From: the human T2T-CHM13v2.0 reference genome, Homo sapiens
Direction: 5' to 3' (one strand)
DNA: 64,000 bases
NCBI RefSeq assembly: GCF_009914755.1
Contig: NC_060937.1
The notes beneath the pieces are model-generated. The model was not told the origin of the DNA and made no database searches. It saw only the letters and a list, made by a program, of their open reading frames with translations. The position numbers and the translations under genes are program-made. The stretch's first letter is position 1. Each line of letters opens with the position of its first letter. Of this stretch, positions 29,602-42,629 are shown in pieces.

Positions 29602-30279
29602 CTGTAAGATGGAATTTAAGAAAGGAGCTTAAAAGTTGTGATTCAGTTTTGTTCCAGGCCTTTATACTTTTTACTTTATACTTTTGTACTTTATATCTCT
29701 TTTGTGACACTTCATAAAGTTGCCCTTTAAAAGGAAACAAAACAAACACCAATGTGAAAACACTATATTGTACATGATAAATACGTTCAATTTTATCTTG
29801 TGACCAAAAATACAGAAATAAACTTGAAAAACAATGCAAAAAATGAAAAGAAACAGAGATGTAAACAGTAGTAGTTCACCCACATAGCATTTTAGTGTCT
29901 CTCATTTCATTTGATTTTCCAAAATACTTTAAAAGCATAGAGGGTATAAATTTCCTTATTGTATACGTGAAGGATCTAAGATTCAAGGACAATGACTTGA
30001 TGAGATAGCATGTCCAGTGAATGGGCATTGAAGACTCCTAGACCAGCAGTTTCATTCTACTACGCTATTGTGCCTATTCAAGGGAATAAAGTGAAGGCTG
30101 ATTTCGTTTCATTTCATTCATTAGTCTATTAATTTATTAGCATTTTATGCTCTTTTTTAGCATTTTATGTACAAGTAAATCTTAGCCGTCTTAGGAGCAG
30201 GTAGAACCACGTTAAGAGTGATGATTAGAGATGGGGGCAGAGAGAGAGATGGAGAAAAGAGAGAGGAGAGAGAGAGAGG

Positions 30280-30282
<3 letters not shown>

Positions 30283-30324
<42 letters not shown>
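30283..30324. repeat. (GT)21 microsatellite preceded by an (AG)n tract
   Basis: Read directly from the sequence. Confidence 0.95.
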
Positions 30325-30326
<2 letters not shown>

Positions 30327-30884
30327 AGGGGTCTTTTTAAATAGCATACCTCAGAGAAATCCAACCCAAGCAAAGTGAAATTTGAAAGTAAGGACATGGG
30401 ATATGTTTCCATAGTTTTCTGGGCTGTAGCCTCATTTTCCACAGAATGACGTGGAGCCCTTCTCATCTGAGTCATTCGAAACTGTCCTAGACAAAACACT
30501 TGCAGTCCCAGCTTAGGGAATAATCTTGCATTGGCAAGAGCCTGGACTAACAAACTTATTTTCTCTGATTTTTACTTTGACATTACAGTGAATACAATAT
30601 CTTTAGTTTAAACACACATACACACACACCTCTTGGGCGTTACATTATTTTTCTACATGGGTAGGAAGTTGGTATGTCGCACTGTGGACTAGATTTAATT
30701 GACGAGATCAATTAAATAGTTGTTGCTGACTTCTCTGTTCCCCAGAGCCCTCTCTAACTTGTGCTTTCTGCTCATGTGTTTTGAGGATGAGAGATACAGC
30801 TTTTTCCCGGCGTTTTTGAGGAAGGGCAATGTCATTTTAGGAAGAAGAAACCTCTATTGTAGATATTACCTGTTCTTTTTGTTT

Positions 30885-30886
<2 letters not shown>

Positions 30887-30943
<57 letters not shown>

Positions 30944-30992
30944 CTCCTGTTGGTTCTTGGTTTTGTTTCTATGAAGAACCCTAACTAATACA
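30887..30992 (+). mobile_element. (AC)26 plus the 3' terminus of an MLT2 (ERVL) LTR
   Basis: ...cctgttggttct...gtttctatgaagaaccctaactaataca is the MLT2 3' end. Confidence 0.75.
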
Positions 30993-31879
30993 TCATATAA
31001 TGCAAATAATAGAATATGTGACCTTTTGTGCCTGACTTCTTTAACTTAACATCATTTTTCTTAGATTCATCCAAGTATAACAGTACTTTGTTTCTTTTTA
31101 TGGTTGAATAATATTCCATGACATGTACATGCCACAATTTCTTTATCCATTCATCCAGTGACGAACATTTGAGTTGTTTTAAACTTTCAAATATTATGAA
31201 TAATACTACTGTAAGTATTTTGTGTATAATTTTTTGTATGGACGTACATTTTCACTTTCTCTTGAATACCTAGGAGTAGAATTGCCGGATCATAGATCGT
31301 ATGTTGATTCTATGTGTAATTGTTTGAGGAATCATCAAACTTTTTTCCACAGTAGTTGCACAATTTTATATTCCCAGTAGCAATGTGTGAGAGTTCCTGT
31401 TTCTCCATATCCTTGCCAAACTTATTTTTCATTTTCTTGGTTTAAGATATCCTAGTCGGCGTGAAAAGGTATCTCTCATTGTGGTTTCGATTTGCATTTC
31501 TTTAGTGACCAAGGATATTCAGCACCTTTGCTCTGGTTTAGAACCTGCAGTATAATTATGCATAGCAGAAGTGAAAGCAGCAATCCTTTTCTTGTTCTGA
31601 TTTTGAGGGCAAAATTTTAGGCTTTCATAATTGAGTATGATGTTAGTTGTGGTTTTCTCATAAAAGACCTTTATTTTGTTGCAAAAGTTCTCTGCTAGTC
31701 CCAGTTTTCAGAGTGTTTTTGGTATGAAAGGATGTTGAATGCTGTTAGTGGATTTTCTGCATGTATTGAATTCTATTAATGAGGTAAATTACATTAATTT
31801 TCTTATGTTGAACTGCCCTTGCTGTCCTGTGATAAATACCATTTGATCTTGGTGTGTAATCCTGTTAATATGCTGTTAA

Positions 31880-32174
<295 letters not shown>

Positions 32175-35100
32175 GTGCTGTTAATATTAATTTGCTAGTA
32201 TTTTGTTGAGCTGTGGTATGTGTGTGTATGTGTGTATGTGTATGTGTGTGTATGTCTGCATTCCTAAGAGATGTTTGTCTGTAGTTTGCTTGTAGTATCT
32301 TTGTCTGACTTTGGTACTAGAATAATCCTGGCTTTATAGATGTGTTAGGAAGTGTTCCCTCCTCTTCTAATTTTTGGAAAAATATTTGAGTATAATTGGT
32401 GTTAATTCTTCTTTACATGTTTAGTAGAATTCACCAGTAAAGGCATCTTGTCCTGGAATTGTCTTGTTGAGAGGTTTTGATTATGGATTTATCCTCTTGT
32501 AGGTCCTTTGAGATTTTCTACTTCTTCTTGAGTCAGCATTTTCAGTTTGTGTGTTCTAGGAATCTGTCCATGTCATCTAGATTGCATAATTGTTAGGGCA
32601 TCTAATCTCTATAGTTTCTGTAAGGTTGACAGTAATGTCCTTACTTTCATTTTTGATTTTAGTTACTTGTGTTTTATCTGTTTTTTCTCACAGTCTAACT
32701 AATGATTTATCCATTATATTCTATCCTTTCAAAGAACAAACTTACGGTTTTGTTAATTTTACTGTTTTTATATCCTCTGCTTTTCTTATCTCTGCCCTAA
32801 TCCTTATTATTTCCTTTTTCCTACCGGCTTTGGGTTTAGTTTGCTCTTCTTTATGTAGTTCCTTAAAGTTTAAAGTAAGGTTGTTGATTTGAGATCTTTC
32901 TTCTTTTCTAATGTAGACGTTTACAGCTATAAATTTCCCTCTGAGTACTGCTTTCATTGTTTCTTATAAGTTTTGGTATATTGAGTTTTTGTTTTCTTTT
33001 GTCTCAAAGTATTTTCTAATTTCCCTATTGATTTCCTTTATTGGGCTGTTTAAATGGGTGTTGTTTAATTTTTATGTATTTGCAAAATTTTCAGTTTTTC
33101 TTCTGTTACTGATTTCTAGCTTCACTCTATTGTGGTCGAAAAAGATATTTTGCATGATTTCAATCTTTTAAAATTTACTGAGAGCTGTTTTATGGCCTTA
33201 CATATGTTCTATCTATGAAATGTTTCATGTGAAATTGAGAAAGTGTATATTCTTCTGTTTGGTGAAGCATTCTGTATATACGTTTAGTCTAATTGGTTGG
33301 TAGTATTGTCCAAGTCTTTTGTTTCTTTATTAATCTTCTGCCTAGACATTCTATTATTATGGAAAGTGATTTGGTAAGTCTCCAACTATTATTGTAGAAG
33401 TGCTTATTTCTCCCTTCAATTCTGTCAATATTTGCTTCATGTATCTTAGGTCTCTGTTTGTTACATCTGTGTTTATAATTGTTATAACTTCATAATGCAC
33501 TAACCGTTTTATCAATATAAAATGTCCATCTGTCTCCTGTCACAATTTTTGACTTAAAATTTATTTTTTCTGATATTAGCATAGCCACCCAGTTCTTTGT
33601 TGGTTACTATTTGCATGGAATTTTTTTATCTTTTCACTTTCAACTTATTTTTGTCTTTGGTTCTAAAATAAGTCTCTTGTAAGCAGAACATTGTCAGATC
33701 ATGTTTATGTTATCCATTCTTCCATTTTCTGTCTTTGAATTGGTGAGTTTAACCATTTACTGATTATTAACCATTTAAACGGATTACTGATAATGAGGAA
33801 TTTACTTCTGCCATTGTGCTATATGTTTTCTATATGTCTTATATCTTTTTGTTGTTATTGTTCTTGAATTCCTCCAGTACAGGCTTTCTTTGTGTTTGAT
33901 TGACTTTTGTCTAATATACCATTTTGATTCCTTTTTTATTTTATTTTCTGTATATTTTAAAGTTTTTTTTTAGTGGTCGCCAGGGGTATATTAAATGTAT
34001 AACTAGTTTGAAGTGATATCAACTTAGCTTCAATAATATACTTTAACTCTACTCTTATGCAACTCCATCTTTCTTTATCTTGCTGTTGTTACCTATTACA
34101 TCTTTATATGTTGTATGCCCATTAACATAGATTTATAATTACTGTTTTATGTAATTGTCTTTTAAATCATATAGAAAACAAAAAGAGTGTTTATAAACCA
34201 AAAGTACAATAATGTTGAGTTTTATATTTACATATGTAGTTAACTTTATGAGTGATCTTTATTTCTTCATAGGGCTTTGAGTTACCATCTAGTGTCCTTT
34301 AGTTTCAGTTTAAAAAACTCCCTTTAGCATTTATTGTAGTGCAGGTTTACTAGTGACAGATCCCTTTAGCTTTTGTCTATTGGGGAAGGTCTTAATTTAG
34401 CCTTCATTTTTGAAGCCATGGAAATCTTGGCTTAACAGCTTTTAAAAATTCAGTACTTTAAATATATCTCACTGCCTTTTGGCCTCCATAGTTTCTGATG
34501 AAAAATCAGTTATTAACCTTATTGAGGATCCTTTGTGTGTGACAAATTGCTTCTCTTTTACTGTTTTCAAATTTTTCTGTTAACTAGGACTTTCTACAGC
34601 TTGATTATAATATGTCCCTGTGGATCTCTGAGTTTACTCTGCTTAAAGTTGAGTATTTTGTGTGTAGCTTCACATCTGTCATCAAACTTAGAAAGTTTTG
34701 GGCCATTATTTCTTTACAAATGTTTCTGCTCTTTTCTCTCTTTTCTCTTTATGACTTTTATAATATGTGTGTTAGTATAGTTCATAGTGTGCCATAGGAC
34801 CCTTAGGCTCTTAATTTTTCTTCATATTTTTCTTTCTGCTTGTCAGACTAATTTTAATTACATTCTCTTTAAGTTCACTGATTCTTCTGTCTGCTTGAAT
34901 GTGCAATTTAACTCCTTTAGTAAATATTTTATTTCAGTTGTTTTACTTTAAGCTCCAGAATTTCTATTTGGTTCTTTTTAAAAATAATTTCTGTTTCTTT
35001 ATTGATATTCTCTATTTTTTCATATATTGTTTTCTTGATTTCTTTTAGTTCTTTATCCATGGTTTCTTTCAATTTTTGAATAAGACCGTTAATTTAAAGT

Positions 35101-35820
35101 CTTTGTCTAGTAAGTCAGATATCTCAGTTGGTCTTACTTAATTTCTCTTTTTTCCTATAAATCTATAATTTCCTGTTTATTTGTATGTATTGTAATTTTT
35201 GTTGAAAAGTGAACATTTTGAATATTGTAATGTGGTAATTCTGAAAATAAGATTCTACCTTTTCTCCAGAAATTGCTTTTGTTGTTTGATGAAGGCTGCA
35301 GTTGTCTCTTTTATGGAAGGCATGTATTTCTTGTCATGTGTGTTCTCTAAAGTGCCCATTATGTTATCTCTACAGTCAGCCAATGACTTGACAGGTATTT
35401 TCTTAAATGCCTGGATCCAATAAGAAAAGAAAGGTACCTGTCTTTGAAAACTTCTAATGATTTATGTGGTGGGAGTAGTGACTCCAGCGAGTGGGGGTTG
35501 ATATAATATCTAACCTCTGTGCTGACCTCTCAATGATGAAAAGCAGTGATCAAACTGAATCATTTCTATTTTGAGGGAACACAGTCTCTATTTCCCAATC
35601 TGGTTCTAGCTAGCCACAGCAGCATCATGGGTGCCATCTCCATATCTGCCAGTCACAGGGTTTGGGGATGGGTTGATAGTGGCTAAGCAAAACACCAAAA
35701 TTCAATGAAATTTACCAGTCTGTTTCTTCATCAAGCGCCTCCCAGGATGTTGAGAGTGTTCCCCTAGATTACAGAGCTCCAAAATTGTTGCCTTACAGTT
35801 CTTGCCAGCCAGCTTAATAG

Positions 35821-35823
<3 letters not shown>

Positions 35824-35862
<39 letters not shown>
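35824..35862. repeat. (TG)n microsatellite
   Basis: Read directly from the sequence. Confidence 0.95.
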
Positions 35863-35864
<2 letters not shown>

Positions 35865-36297
35865 GGACAGATTCCTGGAGCTTCCAATTCCACTATCTTT
35901 TGTGATGTAACTTCTCCTATATTATGTTTGTTCTTCTATTTATTAAGAAGAACCCAAAACAATGTTTAGACTCTTAGCTCTGGTAGAAATGGTACATTCA
36001 CTAATTTTCCAATTTTGCTGCTATGGCCTATAGACTAACAAGTGGGAATCTAGAAAATGTATCAGAATTTTAGATCATCCAAGGTGGATAAACTACTCCT
36101 TTGCACTCCAGAACCTCCTGGGGACAGTAGAGAAATAAGGTGATTTTGAAGACTATTGTGAGAATGTGGAGGGTGTGTTTTAGTTAGTTAATTAAATTAT
36201 AGATGGAAACTCCATTATTTAAGAGCATTAACTAATGTCAATAAAAGAGAACAAAGTTAAAACAATTTCATATCTAGAATGTTTAAGAAAAATTTAC

Positions 36298-36531
36298 AAT
36301 ATGAACAATATGATATAAAACGTCTCTTAGAACAGCTCAAACAAGGCATCATGAAAACTTGGGAAAGTGTAGGTGATGACTTATCATGGGGCTTTTCCAT
36401 TCCAAAGAAATACTGTTCTCTCCTGCACACATCTTCAAGTCAGCAAGTTTCTTGACAGAAGGCGGTAATATCACACAAATGAAATTATAAGGGTCTGTAT
36501 TAAAATACATGCACTTTTTGCTACTTACACT
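36298..36531 (-). pseudogene. FN3-like exon remnant (G-A-B-C)
   Basis: tttgttattttcag|...|gtaaat, 234 nt, one frame: SVSSKKCMYFNTDP...LPPSVKKLADLKMCAGENSISLEWKSP...LRDVLYHIVH. Confidence 0.6.
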
Positions 36532-37116
36532 CTGAAAATAACAAAATGCATTCATTTGTGATATTTATAATTTTTTCTTCAGTTTTTAGTAAAAAAAAAA
36601 TGTTAACATATATAGTTTTACTATATAATACTCTTAAATCTCCATGAGGTGAACTACTGTTTTTATTTTCTGGTTACTAACAGGGTTTAGGGAGTCAATT
36701 CCTGATCTAAATTTATCTCTAAATTCTAATAGAAAATGAATTTAAAAATCATATACAAGAGGGAAATTTTAGAGATAATAAAACTCTGTATTTTGTAGGG
36801 AGACCGCAGAATGCTTATTGAACAAGAATCCAGTTTGATGTTTTGTTAAGTAAGGACAATTAGTGTCTTAGGTCCTTTTGAATTTAATGATAAAGTATAT
36901 TGTATATTTTAATGTATAAAAATTGTAAGTATTTTGCATACAATTTCTATGAATCTGAAATGACACCCCAATTGAGTTGTTTCTTCCCAGTGAATTTTAT
37001 GATTAGATCTTAAAAACATGGGCACATTCACAATAAATGCAGTAGATTATAATTTGAAAGGAGTGATAGTAATAAGCATAAAAGAAAACAAAAATAATGG
37101 CAGATTTAGGTTTTAC

Positions 37117-37285
37117 TGGCACATGAGAGGTCAGTTTTTGAGATATTTGAAATAACATAGAGTCTCACTATATATAAACAACCTGATAATTTTTTTAAAG
37201 TTTCATAACCAAGTCAGCATTTCAGAGGGAAGAAATTTTGATGAAAGCCATGCTGTGTAAAAATTAGCTCCTGTATTCATTAACT
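37117..37285 (-). pseudogene. FN3-like exon remnant (C'-E-F)
   Basis: tttgcttcccaacag|; TAWLSSKFLPSE /fs/ TLKKLSGCLYIVRLYVISN; 169 nt, consistent with one +1 frameshift. Confidence 0.55.
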
Positions 37286-37574
37286 CTGTTGGGAAGCAAA
37301 TGTTTCACCTAAGGAGGAATGTTTCTCAGGAAGCTAGTGTACGATATGTGTGTATTGATTAATTTTATGTCTTAAAATATTTAATGCAACTTGATAAAAA
37401 TCAAATTGACTACAGAGAATTAAAAATATCATAATATAAAATTTCATTTTAGGTATGTGTAAGTCGTTTTCCACTGAATTCTGTGTCATGTGAAATCCTT
37501 ACAAAATTTTATAAAGATAATTTATAGATATATGTCTGTATATGTATGTATACACATGTACATGCATGATTTAC

Positions 37575-37799
37575 ATTTGTTTTTCACAGAATGGAGGCAA
37601 TATTAGCTTTCCTTAAAGAAAACCATGACTCTTGACAGCTCTTTAAATATTTTGCAGGTTACTGTGACTGATTCAGTTCAAACATTATGTGGCATGAACA
37701 TTTGCTCATGTGTCATATTGATGTTGATGATGTTAGCTGAGAGGGAGGAAGTACTTAACTGGAATACTATGCTTCTCAGTTTAGACACTAATTTTCTAG
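37575..37799 (-). pseudogene. FN3-like exon remnant (G-A-B-C), symmetric phase 1
   Basis: gtgttttgcaatag|...|gtaaat, 225 nt = 75 codons; RSIVFQLST...PHNV*TESVTVTCK...ES*YCLH. Confidence 0.55.
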
Positions 37800-38347
37800 C
37801 TATTGCAAAACACATTTCATTCTCACTTTAGACACACAGGGTAAAAGGCAGACTCTGCGTTCACAGACTTGGAGAGCTCATGGAAATTCATTGCAGTTCT
37901 TAGCAATTCCACCTTTGATTTTTCTCTTCAGAGATGAATATGATTCTAAGAACTACTCCAGGAGCTTTCAAACTTTTGTTTGGGATGCCACCATCTTTGA
38001 AACCTTTTTTTCTTGTTGGCTGGAAATTTTGTAAAATGTCTCTGTGAATTTCCCCTATGGCATGTCGACATCCAAGATGGTAGCCATGGGAGGCCCCGGC
38101 CCCCGCTTAGTGGCGACTCCACTCAGGAATGTGCACAGCTGCAGGAACCTGGGCTGCTGCGCAGAGGGGATTGTGCAGTTGCTCAGCTGTGTGATCCAGT
38201 GAACACAAAATATTTCACTCGGAAACTAATACTGCTTTAAGGAAAACTTATGGGGGGAGGAAAAACAGGTGAGACCAGATGATCTAATCCAATTAAAACC
38301 ATGGGATCTTTCCTTCTTATCTTTAAATAGTTTGCTTCCAAACATAC

Positions 38348-38625
38348 CGTGGTGTGATTGTTTGCCATGTTCTAATGTGACATAAGGGTGTATTTTCAAT
38401 TTAAATGCACTGTGAGGTGCCAAAAGATCACTAAGGGAGTTTGTGGAATATGTTTTCCTTAGAGCTCCAGGGCTCAATATAGAGCAATTTTGCTTGAGGA
38501 GAAACGGAGATCTTAAATGAGCTCTAGAGGTCTCTTTATATCACATTTATAAAATGACAAATGGATTGAAGTAGGTTCAAACCACAATGCAAACTCCGGG
38601 AAAGTTCCAGGGTATGAGGTCAAAT
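38348..38625 (-). pseudogene. FN3-like exon remnant (A to F)
   Basis: FEPTSIHLSF /fs/ SSFKISV...EPW /fs/ STNSLSDLLAPHSAFKLKIHPY; phase-1 donor G|gtatgt; acceptor is weak. Confidence 0.55.
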
Positions 38626-40189
38626 CTGCCTCTCTCTCTGCTGTTCGTTTTTCTCTTCGTGCCTTGGCTCTGTCTTTCCTTTGTTTCACTCTCTTTCTCT
38701 TGGTTCATCTTTTTCCCTTTTGTCTCTCTTTCCTCCTCTTATTTTGGAGAGCGTAGCCTGTTTGTTCTTCATCTTTTCCTTATCTATGGGCCTCATGACC
38801 CTTTTCTTTAAAGCAGTTGTTCATGTCCTTATTGCTTTTAGAAACCAACAGAAGTTTCTGACATCGTATATTGAATATGACTGAGGAAGAAGCCAAAGTT
38901 GTATTTAAAGAAAAGAGATGCTTTCTAAGAGAATCTGGTAGTGTTTACAAACTATGTTAGTGTAACACAAAATATTTACGAAGTAATTTCACAAAGGTAA
39001 GTCAAGCCCAGAGCCAGGATCTAAACTAAGGAACAGAGTAGGTGTTTGAGGAATGAATGCTGTCTTCTTCCCTCTGTCCTCCAGTAAGGAAGCACACCAC
39101 TGTGACAACTGAGGGGTTCAGAAGAGGGTGATTTCACAGCAGGTCATGAAAGGTAGAGGGCTGGTTAGAATTGGGCAGAGATGATGACATAACAGCTTTG
39201 GAATGATGCTACTGTGAGGTGAAGGGCTTGAAGCAAATCTTCATGAGCAAGCTGTTAGTCTTGATAAATAAGCTATTTTACTTGGTTCCTGTCTTATCTT
39301 CGAAGTAGCTTAGTTATTTTTGCTGCTTCTCAGTGTCATTTATCACAGGGACAGGAAAGTATTTTGGATTCATTTTTCAGCCTGCATCAACTTGTCGTGT
39401 GTACATCTCATTATGGTGCATCACAGTTAATTACTTACATGTGCTTTTCCCTCAAGACTGTGAACAATTGATAGCATTTAATTTTGTATCATGATAAACA
39501 TGTTGCCTGGTGGCAATTTCAGCCACATTTTAAAGTGGAATGGATAATGTAATGTCAAAACAAAAACTAACTCAACCTCCCCTACTGCATTCACCCCCTT
39601 CCCCACCCCACAATGAAGCACTGTGATCATAGTAATAGAGATGACCAGAGAACCTTGGCACTTGGGCTGACTCCTGGCAGCTGGACTGGCAGGATTTAAT
39701 AGTAAGAATACAATTTTGTGATAGAGGTGAGTGGACCACATTGCTCATTCCTGAAAGGATGCATTTTGCCTGAGGTTGCTGTTTCTCGTTGTTGCAGGCA
39801 AGCTGTGGAAGACTTAGCTGGCTTCTGCTGGTCTCAGAGGTCAACAGGTATATTCACACGAGTTTTCTTGAAATCTGCATGCCATTGCACAAACTCTTTT
39901 AGATTTTGTAAACTCGGTAAAACCATTTCATTTATTAGGAGTAAATATAGAAAGATCTATAAGTTAACTAATGATATTTATCAAATGCTTATTTTTTGGG
40001 ACACCATACCAAGCCTTTCAAGGTTCATTATAACTATGGACAATTTGTGATGCATGGATGCCAGGTGTGCCAGATTTTGTATTCTAAGGCAAAGAAAATA
40101 TATATAAGCAAGATAGGTTAGTAGCTCAGCTTCTTTGTTGAGATTTATTTTCAAAAGCAAATGTGACTTATTTTTTCTTGGCAAACTAG

Positions 40190-40570
40190 GGCCTGTCCTG
40201 AGAAGCATAACCAGGTTGGTGAGAGGATCTAGAATCTTGTAATATGAAGAGCAGGTGAGGGAATTAGGGATTTTAGCCTGGGGAAGAGAAAACATAATGG
40301 GAACAAGATAGCTGTCTTTAAATGTTTGAAAAGCTGTCAGGTGGGAAAAGGATTAGACAGATTCTGTGAAACTCCAGAGGGCATAAATATGGGTGGAAGT
40401 TTCAAGGAAGCGGGTTTGGGTTGAAAGAAATTTCTAACAATTTGAGCTATAGATAAAACAAATGATGTGTTCTAAAACACCGTAGGGTGTGTTCAAGAAA
40501 GGAATTTCTGCACCAATTAATCCATGGACGTTTGGATTAGATATCCTCTAAGAGAACTTTCAGCTCTAAG
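40190..40570 (+). mobile_element. L3/CR1 LINE 3' region
   Basis: tttagcctggggaagagaa...gatagctgtctttaaatgtttgaaaagctgtca...atgggtggaagtt...tttctaacaatt. Confidence 0.8.
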
Positions 40571-40919
40571 GCTCTGTGTTTCTTGGGGATGAAAATCACA
40601 CTTTACACAAAGAGGTAGTTCGGTTTGCCATAACCAGTCACAACAGCCAACTTACAGATGTCCTGAGAAGCAAACTCAAACACTGCTTATGCGGACCTCT
40701 GAGCCCAACCCCTGCACGCGTCTCCATTTTCATCCAAGAATCCTCTCTTCCCCAGTGTCCAACTTTCAGCCTTCTTGGTGGTTCTAGATTTTTCTTTTTT
40801 GGTGAGAGCCATCATATAGGCCAATTCCTCTGCCTAGAATTTCTTCTTTTCACTTTTTCCTTAGCTGACTCTATGCCTCTCAACGTAAATGTCTCTCTTT
40901 CCAAAGAAGACATTCTTTT

Positions 40920-41833
40920 TCTTTTTCCTTTTTAATGTTTACAGGATCTGTGCGATGCTTTGTTGCATGTATACACTACATAATGATCAAATCAAGGTGA
41001 TTAGCATATTCATCACCTCAAATATTTATCAATTAGTTGTGGTGAGAATATTCAAATTCCTCTCTTTTAGCTTCTTTGAAATGTACAGTACATTACTGTT
41101 AACTATGATGACCCTCTTGTGCATTAGAACACCACAACTTATTCCTCGTGTCTAACTGTAATCTTGGACCCATTGTCCAAACTCACCCCATTTCCCCTCC
41201 CCTTTACCCTTCCCAGCCTCTGATAACTTCCATTCTACTCTGTACTTCTATGAGCTTGCCTTTTAAAAATTCCACGTATGAGTGAGATCATAGTGTCTGT
41301 CTTTCTCTGCCTGGCTTATTTCATTTAACATCATGTCCTCCAGCTTCATTTGTGTTGTTGCAAATGGCAGGATTTCATTCTTTCTGACGGCTGAATAATA
41401 TTCCATTGTGTATTTGTACCACGTTTTCTTTATCCACTTATCAGTTGATAGGTACTTTGGTTGATTTCATATCTTGGCTATTGTGAATAGTGCTGCAGTG
41501 AGCAAGGAGGTGCAGAGATCTCTCTGACATGCTGGTTTTATTTCTTTTAGATATATACCTAGCAATGGGGTTGCTGGATCATATGGTAGTTGTGTTTTTT
41601 TATTTTTTGAGAAATTGCTATACTGTGTTCCATAATGGCTGTCCTAATTTACATTCCCACCAATATTTGTTATTGTTTGACCTTTTAATAATAGACATTC
41701 TAACTGGAATATGGTGATATCTCATTATGATTTGGATTTGCATCTCCCTGATGATTAGTCATATTGAGCCTTTTTTTTATATATGCCTATTGGCAAGTTG
41801 GATGTCTTCTTTTGAGAGCTGTCTATTCAGGTC
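40920..41833 (-). mobile_element. L1MA7/8-like 3' fragment within an L2 remnant
   Basis: aatgatcaaatcaaggtgattagcatattcatcacctcaaa...agaacaccacaacttattcctc. Confidence 0.85.
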
Positions 41834-42492
41834 ATGGGAAGCCATGCTTGATTCAGTGGTTAACTTCCTCTGTGAAGACCCTGCATGGCGTGGCACATTG
41901 CCTTTTTATAATACTCTTTACTCTGTTTGAGAATTATTTGTTCCCTGTCTGTTTTTCCTGTAGGACTGGAGCCTGTTTGAGGGCAGGAACATGTCCCTTG
42001 TTCTTGGCTGCATCGCCAGTTTTAGACATGTACTGTATACTCATGTATTGACATTGAATTTACTTTTCAATTTTCACGAACTCATATATTGTGTGTGGTA
42101 GCAGTGTGTTGCTATGAGGGATGATGAGCTGTGAAGATTTAGAAACTGGGAAGCTTTAAAAAATTTAAAGTTTTTAGTATCTTTACAAGGTTAAAGGATT
42201 TCTTTCTCATGATAACGCCTTTGGAGTTCTTAGAATAGCTGTCCACACGTAGCACCGTAATTCTTCACCTAACAGGAACAAAAATGCGTGGTCAGAATGA
42301 CCTTATTTTTGCACAGAGTGAGCCTAGCAGGGAATAAAATGCTAATAGTGAGACCAGATGAAAAGGTGACAAATAAGTCAATAAATGACTTTGCACATAA
42401 TTATCCTTGGTTTACTTCTTCTCAGCTGCAGTTGATCTCAGTTACCACCTTGAGAGTAATACCCATTCTTCTCCACTTTAAACTCTAATGAC

Positions 42493-42629
42493 CTAGTCAG
42501 CTGACCAAACAGGAAAATGTTTGACTGTACCCTCTAGGAGAGAAATTTATAATACTTTATTGCAACCCAGTAATATTTACTTGTTTTATTGTCTGAAAAA
42601 CTATTCTTTATTATTCCTGCTGTTTTTGC
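42493..42629 (-). pseudogene. FN3-like exon remnant (C'-E-F)
   Basis: ctaacttttcctag|; NKE*FF /fs/ QTIKQVNITGLQ*S. Confidence 0.45.

Noticed and set aside
36505-36555. Apparent 3-nt neural microexon on minus (tgc...ttttcag AGT gtaagt...TGCATG)
   Set aside because: The same acceptor opens a 234-nt FN3-like frame, which is the simpler reading, and there is no intact host gene. Not fully excluded.
38842-38996. Plus-strand exon-like segment (gcttttag|...AAG|gtaagt)
   Set aside because: Stops in all three frames and no partner exons identified; a non-coding exon cannot be supported from sequence alone.
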